Shown piece by piece: positions 1-8,792 of a DNA stretch of 64,000 nt. The DNA comes from Patescibacteria group bacterium (GTDB taxonomy: Bacteria; Patescibacteriota; Minisyncoccia; 2-02-FULL-40-12): contig JBBTUA010000007.1 of assembly GCA_038063995.1 (NCBI GenBank), positions 5,219-69,218 of the forward strand. Reading direction: 5' to 3'. A model generated the notes under the pieces. That model was not told the DNA's origin. It did not search any database and saw only the letters and a program-made list of their open reading frames with translations. Position numbers and translations under genes: made by a program. Numbering within the stretch: the first letter of the stretch is position 1; the number at the start of each line of letters is the position of its first letter.

Positions 1-35
1 GAAGGAAGTGTACGTTCAAGAGAGAGGAGGACGAG

Positions 36-671
36 ATGGCAGATAAATCGAAAGGGGCTGGTTTTCTGAATCTAAACACGCTTCTTAGCGTGTTGGATCC
101 GGAAAGTCGCAGGCTGGCGCAGACGTGGTGGGTATCTTTGCCCGACGACAGCCCGCTCAAGAGTGAACTCTTCGAAAGAGTTTTCGGAGTTTTCAAGGCT
201 TGGGCGGAAACAAGGGCCAAAGGCATGGGGCCTATCGGCGATGTCATCGAGAAGCTGACTGATATCGGTGACTTTGCAGTCAGGGGTGGATCAAAAAGCG
301 TCAAGGCCGCTCACGACTGGATAGACAGGTTCTACTCGGAAGCAGCTAAGCGAATTGAGAAGGCAGCTGATCCGAAAGCCGAGCTCGGGAAGATCAAACT
401 GGAATTCGAGCTTCGGCGGGATCTTCTCAAAAGTATTGAGGAGGCAAGGAAAGCGGCGGAGCCGGCAAAGCCGGAGAAGGTTTCGTTTGATTGGAGTAAA
501 ATCCAGGAACAATACGAATCTTTTCTCTTGGCTTCTGCTAGATTTACCGCGAAGGCAGTGAATCAAGTAGAAGATACGGCTAAAGACATCGACCAGTGGG
601 CTGGCAATGCGGCAACTCCGATGGTCCGTCGGTTCGGCCGGTTTCTTGAATCGAAGGGGGTGCGGCGATGA
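36..671 (+). CDS. hypothetical helical/coiled-coil protein
   Basis: 211-aa ORF, SD GAGGAGG upstream, GC-richer than flanks, stop overlaps next ATG (ATGA). Confidence 0.7.
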   Translation: MADKSKGAGFLNLNTLLSVLDPESRRLAQTWWVSLPDDSPLKSELFERVFGVFKAWAETRAKGMGPIGDVIEKLTDIGDFAVRGGSKSVKAAHDWIDRFYSEAAKRIEKAADPKAELGKIKLEFELRRDLLKSIEEARKAAEPAKPEKVSFDWSKIQEQYESFLLASARFTAKAVNQVEDTAKDIDQWAGNAATPMVRRFGRFLESKGVRR

Positions 672-1558
672 TTGAGCTTCTTCAAGCCATCTGGGATGAG
701 ATCATCGTTCGCCTCTGGAACTTCGGTACTCGCACGGCACGATTGGTTATTCGAGTGGCGATTCTCGTGATCGTCTTTGGGGTAGTAGTTCCGCTACTCG
801 TTTGGCCATTCGTACTTCTTGTCGTTTCCTACGCTGGTTGGTACTCCGGGATGAACTGGATTACTGCAGTGACAGCATTTTTGCCACTTGCGGTATTTGT
901 GGTTTTTGCTCTCGCTGCCGGAACTATTCTGATACTGGCTTATCCGCTGGTGTCAGGAGTTCTATTGGTGATTCCGCGGGTTCGATCTATCTTGAGTACT
1001 TTCTTAGTGGCGGTACTTGTTGCCGTCTTCGCTGAACTGGTACTTGGACTTTATCTGTCAGTTTTCCAGGTTTGGAACTGGCCGACACTGATTCCAGTAC
1101 TAGCTCTTATAGTTGCTGTTTTGGGGATGTTCTTGATTCTCAAGCGGCAACTTGGCTGGAGAGGCGGAGGGTGGTTTGTAACAATGCTAGTGGTCGGCAT
1201 CATCGGTATCACCGTTGCCTTTTTCTTCGTCGGAGACAAGTCAAAAGCCGAGGCGCGGGAAACTCGGATGGAGGCTATTCAGGAGCGAGTCGAGGAGTTC
1301 ACGCTCAACGCCGGTGAGGAGGTTTTTACAGCGCTTGTTGGTCCTGGAACTCAACATCGAGTCAGAGCTGATAAGCCTTGGGTTGCTCTTACTCGAGATG
1401 ATCAAAACGGCGCTGTTAAAAGGCCGGATGGAAACTACCGGCCCGAGAAGTACGGTGCCGGCCAGCAAATCGTCTGGCGAGGCGGAGAACCCGAAGGTCC
1501 CCTTTTGGTCAGGGGAGTGGAAAACGGGACCACTCTCCGCTTCGAGAGAGTCCGTTAG
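668..1558 (+). CDS. multi-pass membrane protein with soluble C-terminal domain
   Basis: 296 aa, about 6 hydrophobic segments, coupled to upstream ORF. Confidence 0.75.
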   Translation: MIELLQAIWDEIIVRLWNFGTRTARLVIRVAILVIVFGVVVPLLVWPFVLLVVSYAGWYSGMNWITAVTAFLPLAVFVVFALAAGTILILAYPLVSGVLLVIPRVRSILSTFLVAVLVAVFAELVLGLYLSVFQVWNWPTLIPVLALIVAVLGMFLILKRQLGWRGGGWFVTMLVVGIIGITVAFFFVGDKSKAEARETRMEAIQERVEEFTLNAGEEVFTALVGPGTQHRVRADKPWVALTRDDQNGAVKRPDGNYRPEKYGAGQQIVWRGGEPEGPLLVRGVENGTTLRFERVR

Positions 1559-1567
1559 TTCTTTCAG

Positions 1568-1599
1568 GGGCCGTTTTTGCAGAAATGCGAAAACGGCCC
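1568..1599. terminator. hairpin terminator between convergent genes
   Basis: GGGCCGTTTTTGCA-GAAA-TGCGAAAACGGCCC. Confidence 0.7.
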
Positions 1600-1608
1600 T
1601 TTAAAATT

Positions 1609-2172
1609 TTATAAAAATCTTTTCAATTGCTTCGCGACTCCCAATTTCGCCGCTTGTTTTTTAAGGTAAGTCTTGTCTAATTTTTCGCTAGAAATTTTAA
1701 ATACTGATTCAACATCTTCTATATGTCTTGACGAGCCGCCGCTTTTTTCATACCAAATCAGTTTGTTTAAGATTAAATCTTCGGGAGAAATGAAATATAC
1801 TTTTTGATCACCTACTTTTTTAGCAACTCGTCTTCCAAATTCTGTTTTGGCTGTTTTGTTTCCTTTGGTTATCCAAAAATCAACTTTAAGCCCTGTCTCC
1901 GGGTCAATAAAATTAAATTCTCCTTTTCGTTTTAGAGCCTCTTTGGCCGACTCTTCGTCAATGTAGCCGTATTTAGAAATTTTTCTTAAGGCCTCTACTA
2001 ATGGCTTTACTTTTGGCTCTAAAAGATTGATTACAATATCTATATCAAAAGTTGCCCGAGGTCTGCCCCAAACAGAAACAGCAAAACCACCGGTGATATA
2101 ATAATCAATTTCAAACTCGTCTAAAATTGGCGCGACTTTTAAGAGAAGTTTTTCCGGGTTTATTATTTCCAT
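1609..2172 (-). CDS. nucleotidyltransferase (DUF6036/AbiEii-like, pol-beta fold)
   Basis: ITGGFAVSVWGRPRATFDIDI and SPEDLILNKL motifs. Confidence 0.8.
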   Translation of the reverse strand: MEIINPEKLLLKVAPILDEFEIDYYITGGFAVSVWGRPRATFDIDIVINLLEPKVKPLVEALRKISKYGYIDEESAKEALKRKGEFNFIDPETGLKVDFWITKGNKTAKTEFGRRVAKKVGDQKVYFISPEDLILNKLIWYEKSGGSSRHIEDVESVFKISSEKLDKTYLKKQAAKLGVAKQLKRFL

Positions 2173-2329
2173 TGAGTTTGTTTAGTTTAAGACAGAACAT
2201 TGTCAGATAAGAAGTAAGTTTCAGTTTTTTACTGATTGGCATTTTTCTAAAGATTTCGTCTTGAATTTCTTGGGCGGCTTGCGAAGAGTTTATCGAAACC
2301 GATTTTTTTCTAAGATTTCCAGAGTTCAT
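2111..2329 (-). CDS. small partner protein of the nucleotidyltransferase (putative antitoxin)
   Basis: 72 aa, SSQAAQEIQDEIFRKMP motif, overlaps downstream NTase start. Confidence 0.55.
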   Translation of the reverse strand: MNSGNLRKKSVSINSSQAAQEIQDEIFRKMPISKKLKLTSYLTMFCLKLNKLNGNNKPGKTSLKSRANFRRV

Positions 2330-2365
2330 TAGTTTAATTCTATCAAATCAGTTTTTTGTGTTTTA

Positions 2366-2394
2366 TTGACATTTTTTATTAAGTTTGCTATAAT
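2366..2394 (+). promoter_or_regulatory. consensus sigma70 promoter
   Basis: TTGACA-17 nt-TATAAT with extended -10 TG. Confidence 0.8.
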
Positions 2395-2457
2395 ATAAGT
2401 ATTAGGACTTAGATAGAAAACAGGGCCTGGAATCAGGCCATTTCAGTGGAGGAAAAG

Positions 2458-2898
2458 ATGGAGAAGTTCTTTGTCAGTTTTGCAGTGGTGGTTTTAGCCG
2501 TTATGAGCCAGGCCTGTGCCACGCTCGGCGCCGGTTCGCTGCCTTACGTGGTAGCGTCAAATGCCGCCCTGCCGTACCAGGTTCTGGCGGCCGGCCAAGC
2601 GGTTCAACCGTACGGCTACGGCTATGGCTACGGCAACGTGCCGGTCTGCCGTCTGCAGGACCTTCAGGGTTTGCCGTCAGTGAGCCAGCCGGTGATTGTC
2701 CGGGTGGACAAAACCCGAGGCCATCGGGTTGCTGATATCGTCAGTGCGGCCACGGTCGGCGCCGGTTTGGGCGGATTTTCCGGCGGCTGGCAGGGCGTAG
2801 CTTACGGTGCTGCTGCCGGTGCAGGCGGCGGTCTGCTCGTGAGCAATCACGAGTATGACTACTGCGTGTACCTTCCGGTGCCGGCGCCTAAACCTTAG
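2458..2898 (+). CDS. putative lipoprotein with glycine-zipper region
   Basis: signal peptide ending SQAC, Gly/Ala-rich GAGLGG..GAAAGAGGG, SD GGAGG before ATG 2458. Confidence 0.7.
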   Translation: MEKFFVSFAVVVLAVMSQACATLGAGSLPYVVASNAALPYQVLAAGQAVQPYGYGYGYGNVPVCRLQDLQGLPSVSQPVIVRVDKTRGHRVADIVSAATVGAGLGGFSGGWQGVAYGAAAGAGGGLLVSNHEYDYCVYLPVPAPKP

Positions 2899-3017
2899 CG
2901 GCCCGGTACCGTGCATCTTCATGGGAGGACCTTTGATTCATCATCGGTCCTTCCTTTTTCATTGTGGAAAACTTATTAGTATCAGTTCTTTTTTACATAT
3001 ATAATTCTTAATAAATA

Positions 3018-3380
3018 ATGGATTTGTTTTTTATTATTGCTCAAACCGGATCTGACGATTTTCTCGGAGTAAAGGATTTTACGGTTCAGCGCATTGCGAA
3101 CATCATCACCGGTTTTGCCTGTTGGCTTATCGGCATAGTGCTTGTGATAATGGTCATATTTTTGATTTGGGCAGGGATGAGATATTTTTTGGCCATAGGC
3201 AATGAGACAAAGGTGGCCGAGGCCACAAAAAATTTGACTTGGACTTTGGTCGGGATTTTAGTGATTCTTGGGACTAATGTGATTATTGCTACAGTGGCCA
3301 ATGCCTTGGGCGGCAATTATTCTTATCTGCCTTTAAAATGTAATCCGGTAAAAGCCGCAGAATTAAGATGTCAAAATTAG
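3018..3380 (+). CDS. VirB2/TrbC-like pilin (copy 1)
   Basis: two TM helices with G.RY..A.GNE..V..A...L.W.LVG pattern. Confidence 0.75.
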   Translation: MDLFFIIAQTGSDDFLGVKDFTVQRIANIITGFACWLIGIVLVIMVIFLIWAGMRYFLAIGNETKVAEATKNLTWTLVGILVILGTNVIIATVANALGGNYSYLPLKCNPVKAAELRCQN

Positions 3381-3712
3381 AAATTTCTCAAATCATAATT
3401 CCCCCACCGCCGGTTCAAGGACGGGGTTTGACTTTATCTGAATTTGGACAACTTATAGCCATTGTCGGTTCATTTTTGCAAACTATTGCAGTTTTATTGG
3501 CCATCATCGCTATTATTGTTTCCGGAATTATGTATATGAAAGCCGGAGCAAATCCGGATTCAGCAAAAAAAGCTTTGGCCTGGTTCAAAAACGCTTTAAT
3601 CGGTGCTTTTATTATTCTGGCTGTTGGACTAATTATAAATACCATTGCCAATATAGTTACCAGACAATTTTTTTGCCGGTTCAGCGTTTTCGGCCAATGT
3701 ATAATTCAATGA
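3368..3712 (+). CDS. VirB2/TrbC-like pilin (copy 2)
   Basis: SGIMYMKAGANPDSAKKALAWFKNALIG. Confidence 0.75.
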   Translation: MSKLEISQIIIPPPPVQGRGLTLSEFGQLIAIVGSFLQTIAVLLAIIAIIVSGIMYMKAGANPDSAKKALAWFKNALIGAFIILAVGLIINTIANIVTRQFFCRFSVFGQCIIQ

Positions 3713-4005
3713 TTATTAGCCAGCAATTTCAATTGCCGCCTCCGGATCCGATAACATACGGCAGTGTTAATCTATTTCTTGAAAAAACCGCTTTTTTTCT
3801 TTTCACGGCCGGAATTACTTTGGGGGTGATTACTTTGGTAGTTTCCGGAATTATGTATTTTTGGGCCGGTTCTGACACCGAAGCCAAAAAAGCCAAAGGC
3901 TGGTTTAAAAACGGGATAATCGGAACTTTTGTTATTCTTGCTTTTGGAGTAATAATTAAGACAATTGATATAATTGTAAGGGGAGGATTTTTTACTATAC
4001 CTTGA
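3709..4005 (+). CDS. VirB2/TrbC-like pilin (copy 3)
   Basis: SGIMYFWAGSDTEAKKAKGWFKNGIIG; likely start is the ATG overlapping the previous stop. Confidence 0.75.
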   Translation: MIISQQFQLPPPDPITYGSVNLFLEKTAFFLFTAGITLGVITLVVSGIMYFWAGSDTEAKKAKGWFKNGIIGTFVILAFGVIIKTIDIIVRGGFFTIP

Positions 4006-4008
4006 TTT

Positions 4009-4335
4009 ATGTCTAATTTTTTAGCGCAAATCAGCCAGTGGCAGCTTCCGTCTTTGCCGGGCCAGCCTTTAACTTCAATAGGGATTTTAGGTATTTTAAC
4101 TTTTCTGGCTAATTTTTTGATTGCCGCCGGAATAATTTTGGCGATAATCGTGATTGTTTGGAGCGGAGTCATGTATTTGAAATCCGGTTCAAATGAAAAG
4201 GCAGTAGATAAAGCCAAAGGCTGGTTTAAAAACGGGATAATCGGTGCGTTCATAATTCTGGCTGTTGGCGTGATAATTCTGACGCTTTATAATATAATAG
4301 TAACCAGGACATTCTTTGGTCCATTTGGACCTTAG
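4009..4335 (+). CDS. VirB2/TrbC-like pilin (copy 4)
   Basis: SGVMYLKSGSNEKAVDKAKGWFKNGIIG. Confidence 0.75.
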   Translation: MSNFLAQISQWQLPSLPGQPLTSIGILGILTFLANFLIAAGIILAIIVIVWSGVMYLKSGSNEKAVDKAKGWFKNGIIGAFIILAVGVIILTLYNIIVTRTFFGPFGP

Positions 4336-4370
4336 TTTTAGGTCGATTATTAAATAAATTAAATAAAAAA

Positions 4371-4727
4371 ATGATTAAAAAATATTTAATAATTTCAGCG
4401 GCGGCAATGGTATTAGCTTTGCCATTACTAGCTTTAGCCCAATTGCCTGTCCCGACAATTCCGACTGTTCCGGGAACAAGTCTGTCTGAAATAGAAAGTA
4501 TAATCAGGAGAATTGCCCAGTTTTTTATGATCATTGGCGTTATTTTAGCCGTGATCTATATAATTTGGGGCGGAATAAAATGGATGAGTGCCGGAAGCGA
4601 TCCGAAAGCAGCAGATGAAGCTAAAATGAGAATGAGACAGGGTGCTTGGGGAGCATTGATCATTCTTGCCGTCGGACTTATTCTCCAAACTCTTGCCGGA
4701 ATTGTTACAAGAGTATTCTTCCAATAA
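4371..4727 (+). CDS. VirB2/TrbC-like pilin (copy 5, with signal peptide)
   Basis: signal ending LALA, then GGIKWMSAGSDPKAADEAK. Confidence 0.75.
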   Translation: MIKKYLIISAAAMVLALPLLALAQLPVPTIPTVPGTSLSEIESIIRRIAQFFMIIGVILAVIYIIWGGIKWMSAGSDPKAADEAKMRMRQGAWGALIILAVGLILQTLAGIVTRVFFQ

Positions 4728-5293
4728 TTATTGAGATTCTCCTTTTAGTTCTTTTGGTTTTGTTTGAAGCCGTATTTTTGTCTTTTGCGGTTTTTGTTTT
4801 GGTTTCCGGTTTTATTTCCCAAGCCAGAGGCGCTCCTTATGTTCCTCTGCCCAAAAAATCGATTAAGGGTATTTTAGCTTTCGCTGATTTAAAAGGGGAT
4901 GGCAGATTTTATGATTTGGGTTGCGGCGACGGCCGGGTTTTGATCGAGGCAGTCAAAGGATTCGGAATTAAAAAGGCAATCGGTTATGAAATTTCTCCCT
5001 GGCCGTATTTCAAAGGGAGATTTTTGGTCCGTTCAAACGGATTGAAAGAAAAAATCACTATTTTAAAGAAGGACTTTTTGGAAGCCGATTTTAAACAGGC
5101 TGATGTCGTGTTTATTTATTTGTACCCGAAAATTGTTCAAAAACTAGTTCCTAAATTCAAAGAAGAGTTGTATTACGGTTCGAAAATAATTTCAGTAAGT
5201 TTCCCGATACAGGAGCCTGAAAATTTCAATCTCCGGTTGATAAAAACCGGGAAAATTGATAAATTTAATACGTTTCTTTATCAGAAAGTATAG
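4646..5293 (+). CDS. class I SAM-dependent methyltransferase (start uncertain)
   Basis: GAPYVP, YDLGCGDGR, ADVVFIYL motifs. Confidence 0.85.
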   Translation: MGSIDHSCRRTYSPNSCRNCYKSILPIIIEILLLVLLVLFEAVFLSFAVFVLVSGFISQARGAPYVPLPKKSIKGILAFADLKGDGRFYDLGCGDGRVLIEAVKGFGIKKAIGYEISPWPYFKGRFLVRSNGLKEKITILKKDFLEADFKQADVVFIYLYPKIVQKLVPKFKEELYYGSKIISVSFPIQEPENFNLRLIKTGKIDKFNTFLYQKV

Positions 5294-5376
5294 GCTCCTG
5301 TGGCGGAATTGGCTATACGCGCGTGGCTTAGGACCACGTCCCGAAAGGGGTGCAGGTTCGAGTCCTGCCAGGAGCA
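5294..5376 (+). tRNA. tRNA-Leu(TAG)
   Basis: acceptor GCTCCTG/CAGGAGC, anticodon arm CGTGG-CTTAGGA-CCACG, long variable arm, GGTTCGAGTCC. Confidence 0.92.
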
Positions 5377-5391
5377 TTTAAACAAATAAAA

Positions 5392-5411
5392 GCCCGCCTA
5401 ATAAGGCGGGC
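5392..5411. terminator. hairpin downstream of tRNA-Leu
   Basis: GCCCGCCT-AATA-AGGCGGGC. Confidence 0.6.
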
Positions 5412-5420
5412 GTTATATCC

Positions 5421-5528
5421 GGGCCCCAAGCAGCCCTTCACTACTCGCTTGGTCGTTGGGATGAAGAACATTATTATTTAATTTATTTCTTGATCCCGCG
5501 GACGGCCCCAAGCGAGAAGTGAGGGGCC
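5421..5528. ncRNA. candidate structured RNA (long interrupted hairpin)
   Basis: 5433-5452 pairs with 5508-5527 and 5458-5468 with 5487-5497. Confidence 0.4.
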
Positions 5529-5532
5529 GATT

Positions 5533-5874
5533 TTATTTTGAAAATTTCGGCAGTGTTATCGTAAGTATTCCGTTTTTCAAAGTCGCTTTTGCTTCGTCTG
5601 GGTTTATTTCTTCGGGTAAAATCACTTTTCTTGAAAATGCTCCCCAGTTCAGTTCTTTATAAAAATAGTTTTTCCCTTTTTCCTCTTCTTCGTCTTGTCT
5701 TACTCCTTTTATTATTACTGAATCGTTTGTTATCGCTATATCGAGGTCTTTTCCTGTGACTCCGGCAATTGCCGATTTTATGACGATTTCATTGCTTCTT
5801 TGGAAAATATCGAGTGTCAGTATTCCAGTTTCTTTTTCTTCCTCCAATTCTTTATCGAGATCCTTCTTCATCAA
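5533..5874 (-). CDS. Hsp20/alpha-crystallin small heat shock protein
   Basis: ELNWGAFSRKVILP...ATLKNGILTITLPK. Confidence 0.9.
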   Translation of the reverse strand: MMKKDLDKELEEEKETGILTLDIFQRSNEIVIKSAIAGVTGKDLDIAITNDSVIIKGVRQDEEEEKGKNYFYKELNWGAFSRKVILPEEINPDEAKATLKNGILTITLPKFSK

Positions 5875-5925
5875 TTTGATAGTATAATATCATTTTCCTC
5901 TAATCAATTGCCAAGTCAATACAAA

Positions 5926-6642
5926 TTATGTTGATACACTCTGGATAAGCTGTTTATGCCGCTGTTTTAGCCTGTCGAAAAGTATAAGCAAAGAGACCAT
6001 CATTCCCAAAAGAAGTACGGTATTTCCTGGCAAAGCCGCGCTCGGGTCTATAAAAATTAAATAATTAAAGATTAAATGGAGAAATGAGGCCAAAATTAGT
6101 CCAAAAGCAACAATTTGTTTTTTGAAATGGTAAAAAAACCAGGCAAGACCCAAGAAGTAGCCGACTATTCCCGAAGCAAGGGCATGAAGCAATGTTGCTC
6201 CGGTGAATCTAAGAGCGATGATTCCAAAAGTCGCGGCAAAGCCTTCGGGATAGATTTTGAAAGCGATAAGTATATTTTCCATAGCCGCAAAGCCTAAAGC
6301 CGCGGCAATCATATAGATTATCGAATCGTGGGGTTCGTCAAAATCCGGTTTTGCCACGACCGAATGCCGAACAACCCAGTACTTCATATATTCTTCGATA
6401 AAAGCAGCCAAAGTGAAAAATGCGACGGCGCTGGAAACCACTCCTCTGAAAATGCTCGAAGCCGCGGCTTCGAGCATTACCACGACCGGAGCAATAACTA
6501 TGCCGAATAGAAAAACCTTTACGATAAGATATTTTGGTTCCGGTCTCGAATCTTTTGTGAGAAAAATCAAAAGCCAGACTATGCTTGGCAAGAGGCCGAG
6601 AATAACAAGAAAAACATTTGTGGGTATGTTTATTTGGGCCAT
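5926..6642 (-). CDS. PrsW family intramembrane metalloprotease
   Basis: EEYMKY, GFAAMEN, LLHA, HLIFN motifs; likely start ATG 6642. Confidence 0.88.
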   Translation of the reverse strand: MAQINIPTNVFLVILGLLPSIVWLLIFLTKDSRPEPKYLIVKVFLFGIVIAPVVVMLEAAASSIFRGVVSSAVAFFTLAAFIEEYMKYWVVRHSVVAKPDFDEPHDSIIYMIAAALGFAAMENILIAFKIYPEGFAATFGIIALRFTGATLLHALASGIVGYFLGLAWFFYHFKKQIVAFGLILASFLHLIFNYLIFIDPSAALPGNTVLLLGMMVSLLILFDRLKQRHKQLIQSVST

Positions 6643-8771
6643 TGTTCGACTAAAAGCATTTTTTTGTTTTTTATAGGCAGTTTTGACCAGATTTCTTCGG
6701 TTAAAAAAGGCATAAATGGATGGAGAAGTTTTAACTGATTCGCCAGAAGCCACAAAAGAACTTCAGTTTTTTGAATTTTGTCATTTGAATTTTGGATTTT
6801 TTGTTTCGCATCTTCTATATAAATGGAGGCAAAGCGATTCCAGAAAAAGCTGTAAATTTCGCTTACAGCCTGGCTGAACCTGAATTTATTTATATTTTCC
6901 TGTGCAAGCGGAATAAGTCTTTTGAGTTCTTCAATAAATTCTTTATCCATTGTATCAAGTTTTGAAGGCAGTTTTAACTCATAGCCGTCTTCTTTCGCTA
7001 AAGCTTTGGAGGACTCGCCGATTTGTATTAAAACAAATCGGCTCGCGTTCCAGATTTTATTGGCGAATTTTCTGCCGGCATCGATAACGTCTTCGTTGAA
7101 TCTTATATCTTGGATGCCGGTTGTTTGAAAAGCTAAACCAAAACGGAGAGCGTCAGCTCCATATTTTTCGATTAAGACGAGAGGATCAATGCCTGTTCCA
7201 AGACTTTTAGACATTCTTTGGCCTTCTTTGGTCAGAACCGTAGCGTGAATATATACATCTTTGAATGGTGGTTTTCCAGTGAATTCCAAACCTGAAAAAA
7301 TCATTCTTGCTTGCCATAAATAACGGATGCCTCGATCCGAAGTAATGAAATCAGTCGGATAATATTCAGTTAAGTCTTTTGTCTTTTCCGGCCAACCTAA
7401 AACCGCAAACGGCCAAAGGGCAGAAGAGAACCAGGTGTCTAAAACATCTTCTTCGCCTTCAATAGGAATTTTATGTCCCCACCAAATCTGCCTTGAAATA
7501 TTCCAATCATGCATATTATCAAGCCAAGTGATCATATCTTCTTTCCATTTTTCAGGATGAATACGGACAGAACCGGTTGTGATTGCTTTTTTTGCCAATT
7601 CAGCAAGTTCCCTCATTTTTAAAAACCATTGTTTTGAATAGAGAGGTTCAATTATTGTTCCGCATCTTTCACAGTGGCCGATGTTATGGACCAATTCCTC
7701 GATTTTTTCGATCAGCCCCAGCTCATTCAGCTTTTCAATGACTTTTTGGCGGCAATCTTTTGTTGAAAGCCCTTGGCAGAGCAGACCGGCCTTTTCGGTC
7801 ATCTTTCCGTTTTTATCGATTATCTCTAAAACTTCGAGATTGCGGCGCTGGGAAATTTCAAAATCTTCGACTGAATGGGCCGGAGTCACTTTTACCGCGC
7901 CGGTCCCGAAAGAGATATCAATTGATTCGTCGGCGATTATCGGGATTTCCCGATCTTGGATCGGCAGAATTACTTTTTTGCCGATTAGATTTTTATATCT
8001 TTCATCATTGGGATTTACGGCTACTGCAGTGTCGCCAAGCATTGTTTCGGGCCTTGTAGTCGCTACGACTACATATTCTGTTTGCCGGTCCTCCGAAGCT
8101 TTAGCGAAGGAGGACTCTCTCACCAATGGGTATCTTATGAAATATAACTTTCCTTCCGTTTCTTTGTATTCAACCTCTAAATCAGAAATGGCGCTTTGGC
8201 ATCTTGGACACCAATTTATTACTCGATAACCTTGGTATATCCAATCCTTCTTTTTATAATGGTTAAACGCTTCAGAGACCGCTTTCTGGTAGTTTTCGTC
8301 CATTGTAAATCTTAGGCGCGACCAATCAACCGAAAGGCCTAATTTTTTAAACTGTTCTAGAATTTTTCCTCCAGATTTTTCTTTCCACTGCCAGACCCTT
8401 TCCAGGAATTTTTCCCGGCCAAGGTTCTGACGGGTAAGCCCCTCCTTTTTTAATTCTTTTTCAACGACATTCTGGGTGGCAATCCCGGCATGGTCGATTC
8501 CCGGCACCCAAAGCGTTTGATAACCCTGCATCCTTTTCATCCTTATGATTATATCAGCCAAGGTGTTTTCAAGAGCGTGGCCGATATGAAGTTCGCCGGT
8601 AATGTTTGGAGGAGCAATGCAAGAAACAAATTTTCGTGATGTAAACCTATCCTCCTTCGCTGAAGCTACGGAGGACAGTCCTTCTGGACTGAAAAAGCCG
8701 CTTTCTTCCCAGAGCTTATAGATTCGGTCTTCAACTTCATTTGGATTATAAGCTTTTGACAGTTCAGTCAT
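6630..8771 (-). CDS. valS: valine--tRNA ligase (short form, carries in-frame repeat insertions)
   Basis: PPNITGELHIGH, DTWFSSALWP, RMSKS. Confidence 0.95.
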   Translation of the reverse strand: MTELSKAYNPNEVEDRIYKLWEESGFFSPEGLSSVASAKEDRFTSRKFVSCIAPPNITGELHIGHALENTLADIIIRMKRMQGYQTLWVPGIDHAGIATQNVVEKELKKEGLTRQNLGREKFLERVWQWKEKSGGKILEQFKKLGLSVDWSRLRFTMDENYQKAVSEAFNHYKKKDWIYQGYRVINWCPRCQSAISDLEVEYKETEGKLYFIRYPLVRESSFAKASEDRQTEYVVVATTRPETMLGDTAVAVNPNDERYKNLIGKKVILPIQDREIPIIADESIDISFGTGAVKVTPAHSVEDFEISQRRNLEVLEIIDKNGKMTEKAGLLCQGLSTKDCRQKVIEKLNELGLIEKIEELVHNIGHCERCGTIIEPLYSKQWFLKMRELAELAKKAITTGSVRIHPEKWKEDMITWLDNMHDWNISRQIWWGHKIPIEGEEDVLDTWFSSALWPFAVLGWPEKTKDLTEYYPTDFITSDRGIRYLWQARMIFSGLEFTGKPPFKDVYIHATVLTKEGQRMSKSLGTGIDPLVLIEKYGADALRFGLAFQTTGIQDIRFNEDVIDAGRKFANKIWNASRFVLIQIGESSKALAKEDGYELKLPSKLDTMDKEFIEELKRLIPLAQENINKFRFSQAVSEIYSFFWNRFASIYIEDAKQKIQNSNDKIQKTEVLLWLLANQLKLLHPFMPFLTEEIWSKLPIKNKKMLLVEQWPK

Positions 8772-8792
8772 AAATCCATTCTACCTTAAAAT

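Noticed and set aside
5192-5377. 61-aa minus-strand ORF
   Set aside because: Antisense reading of tRNA-Leu
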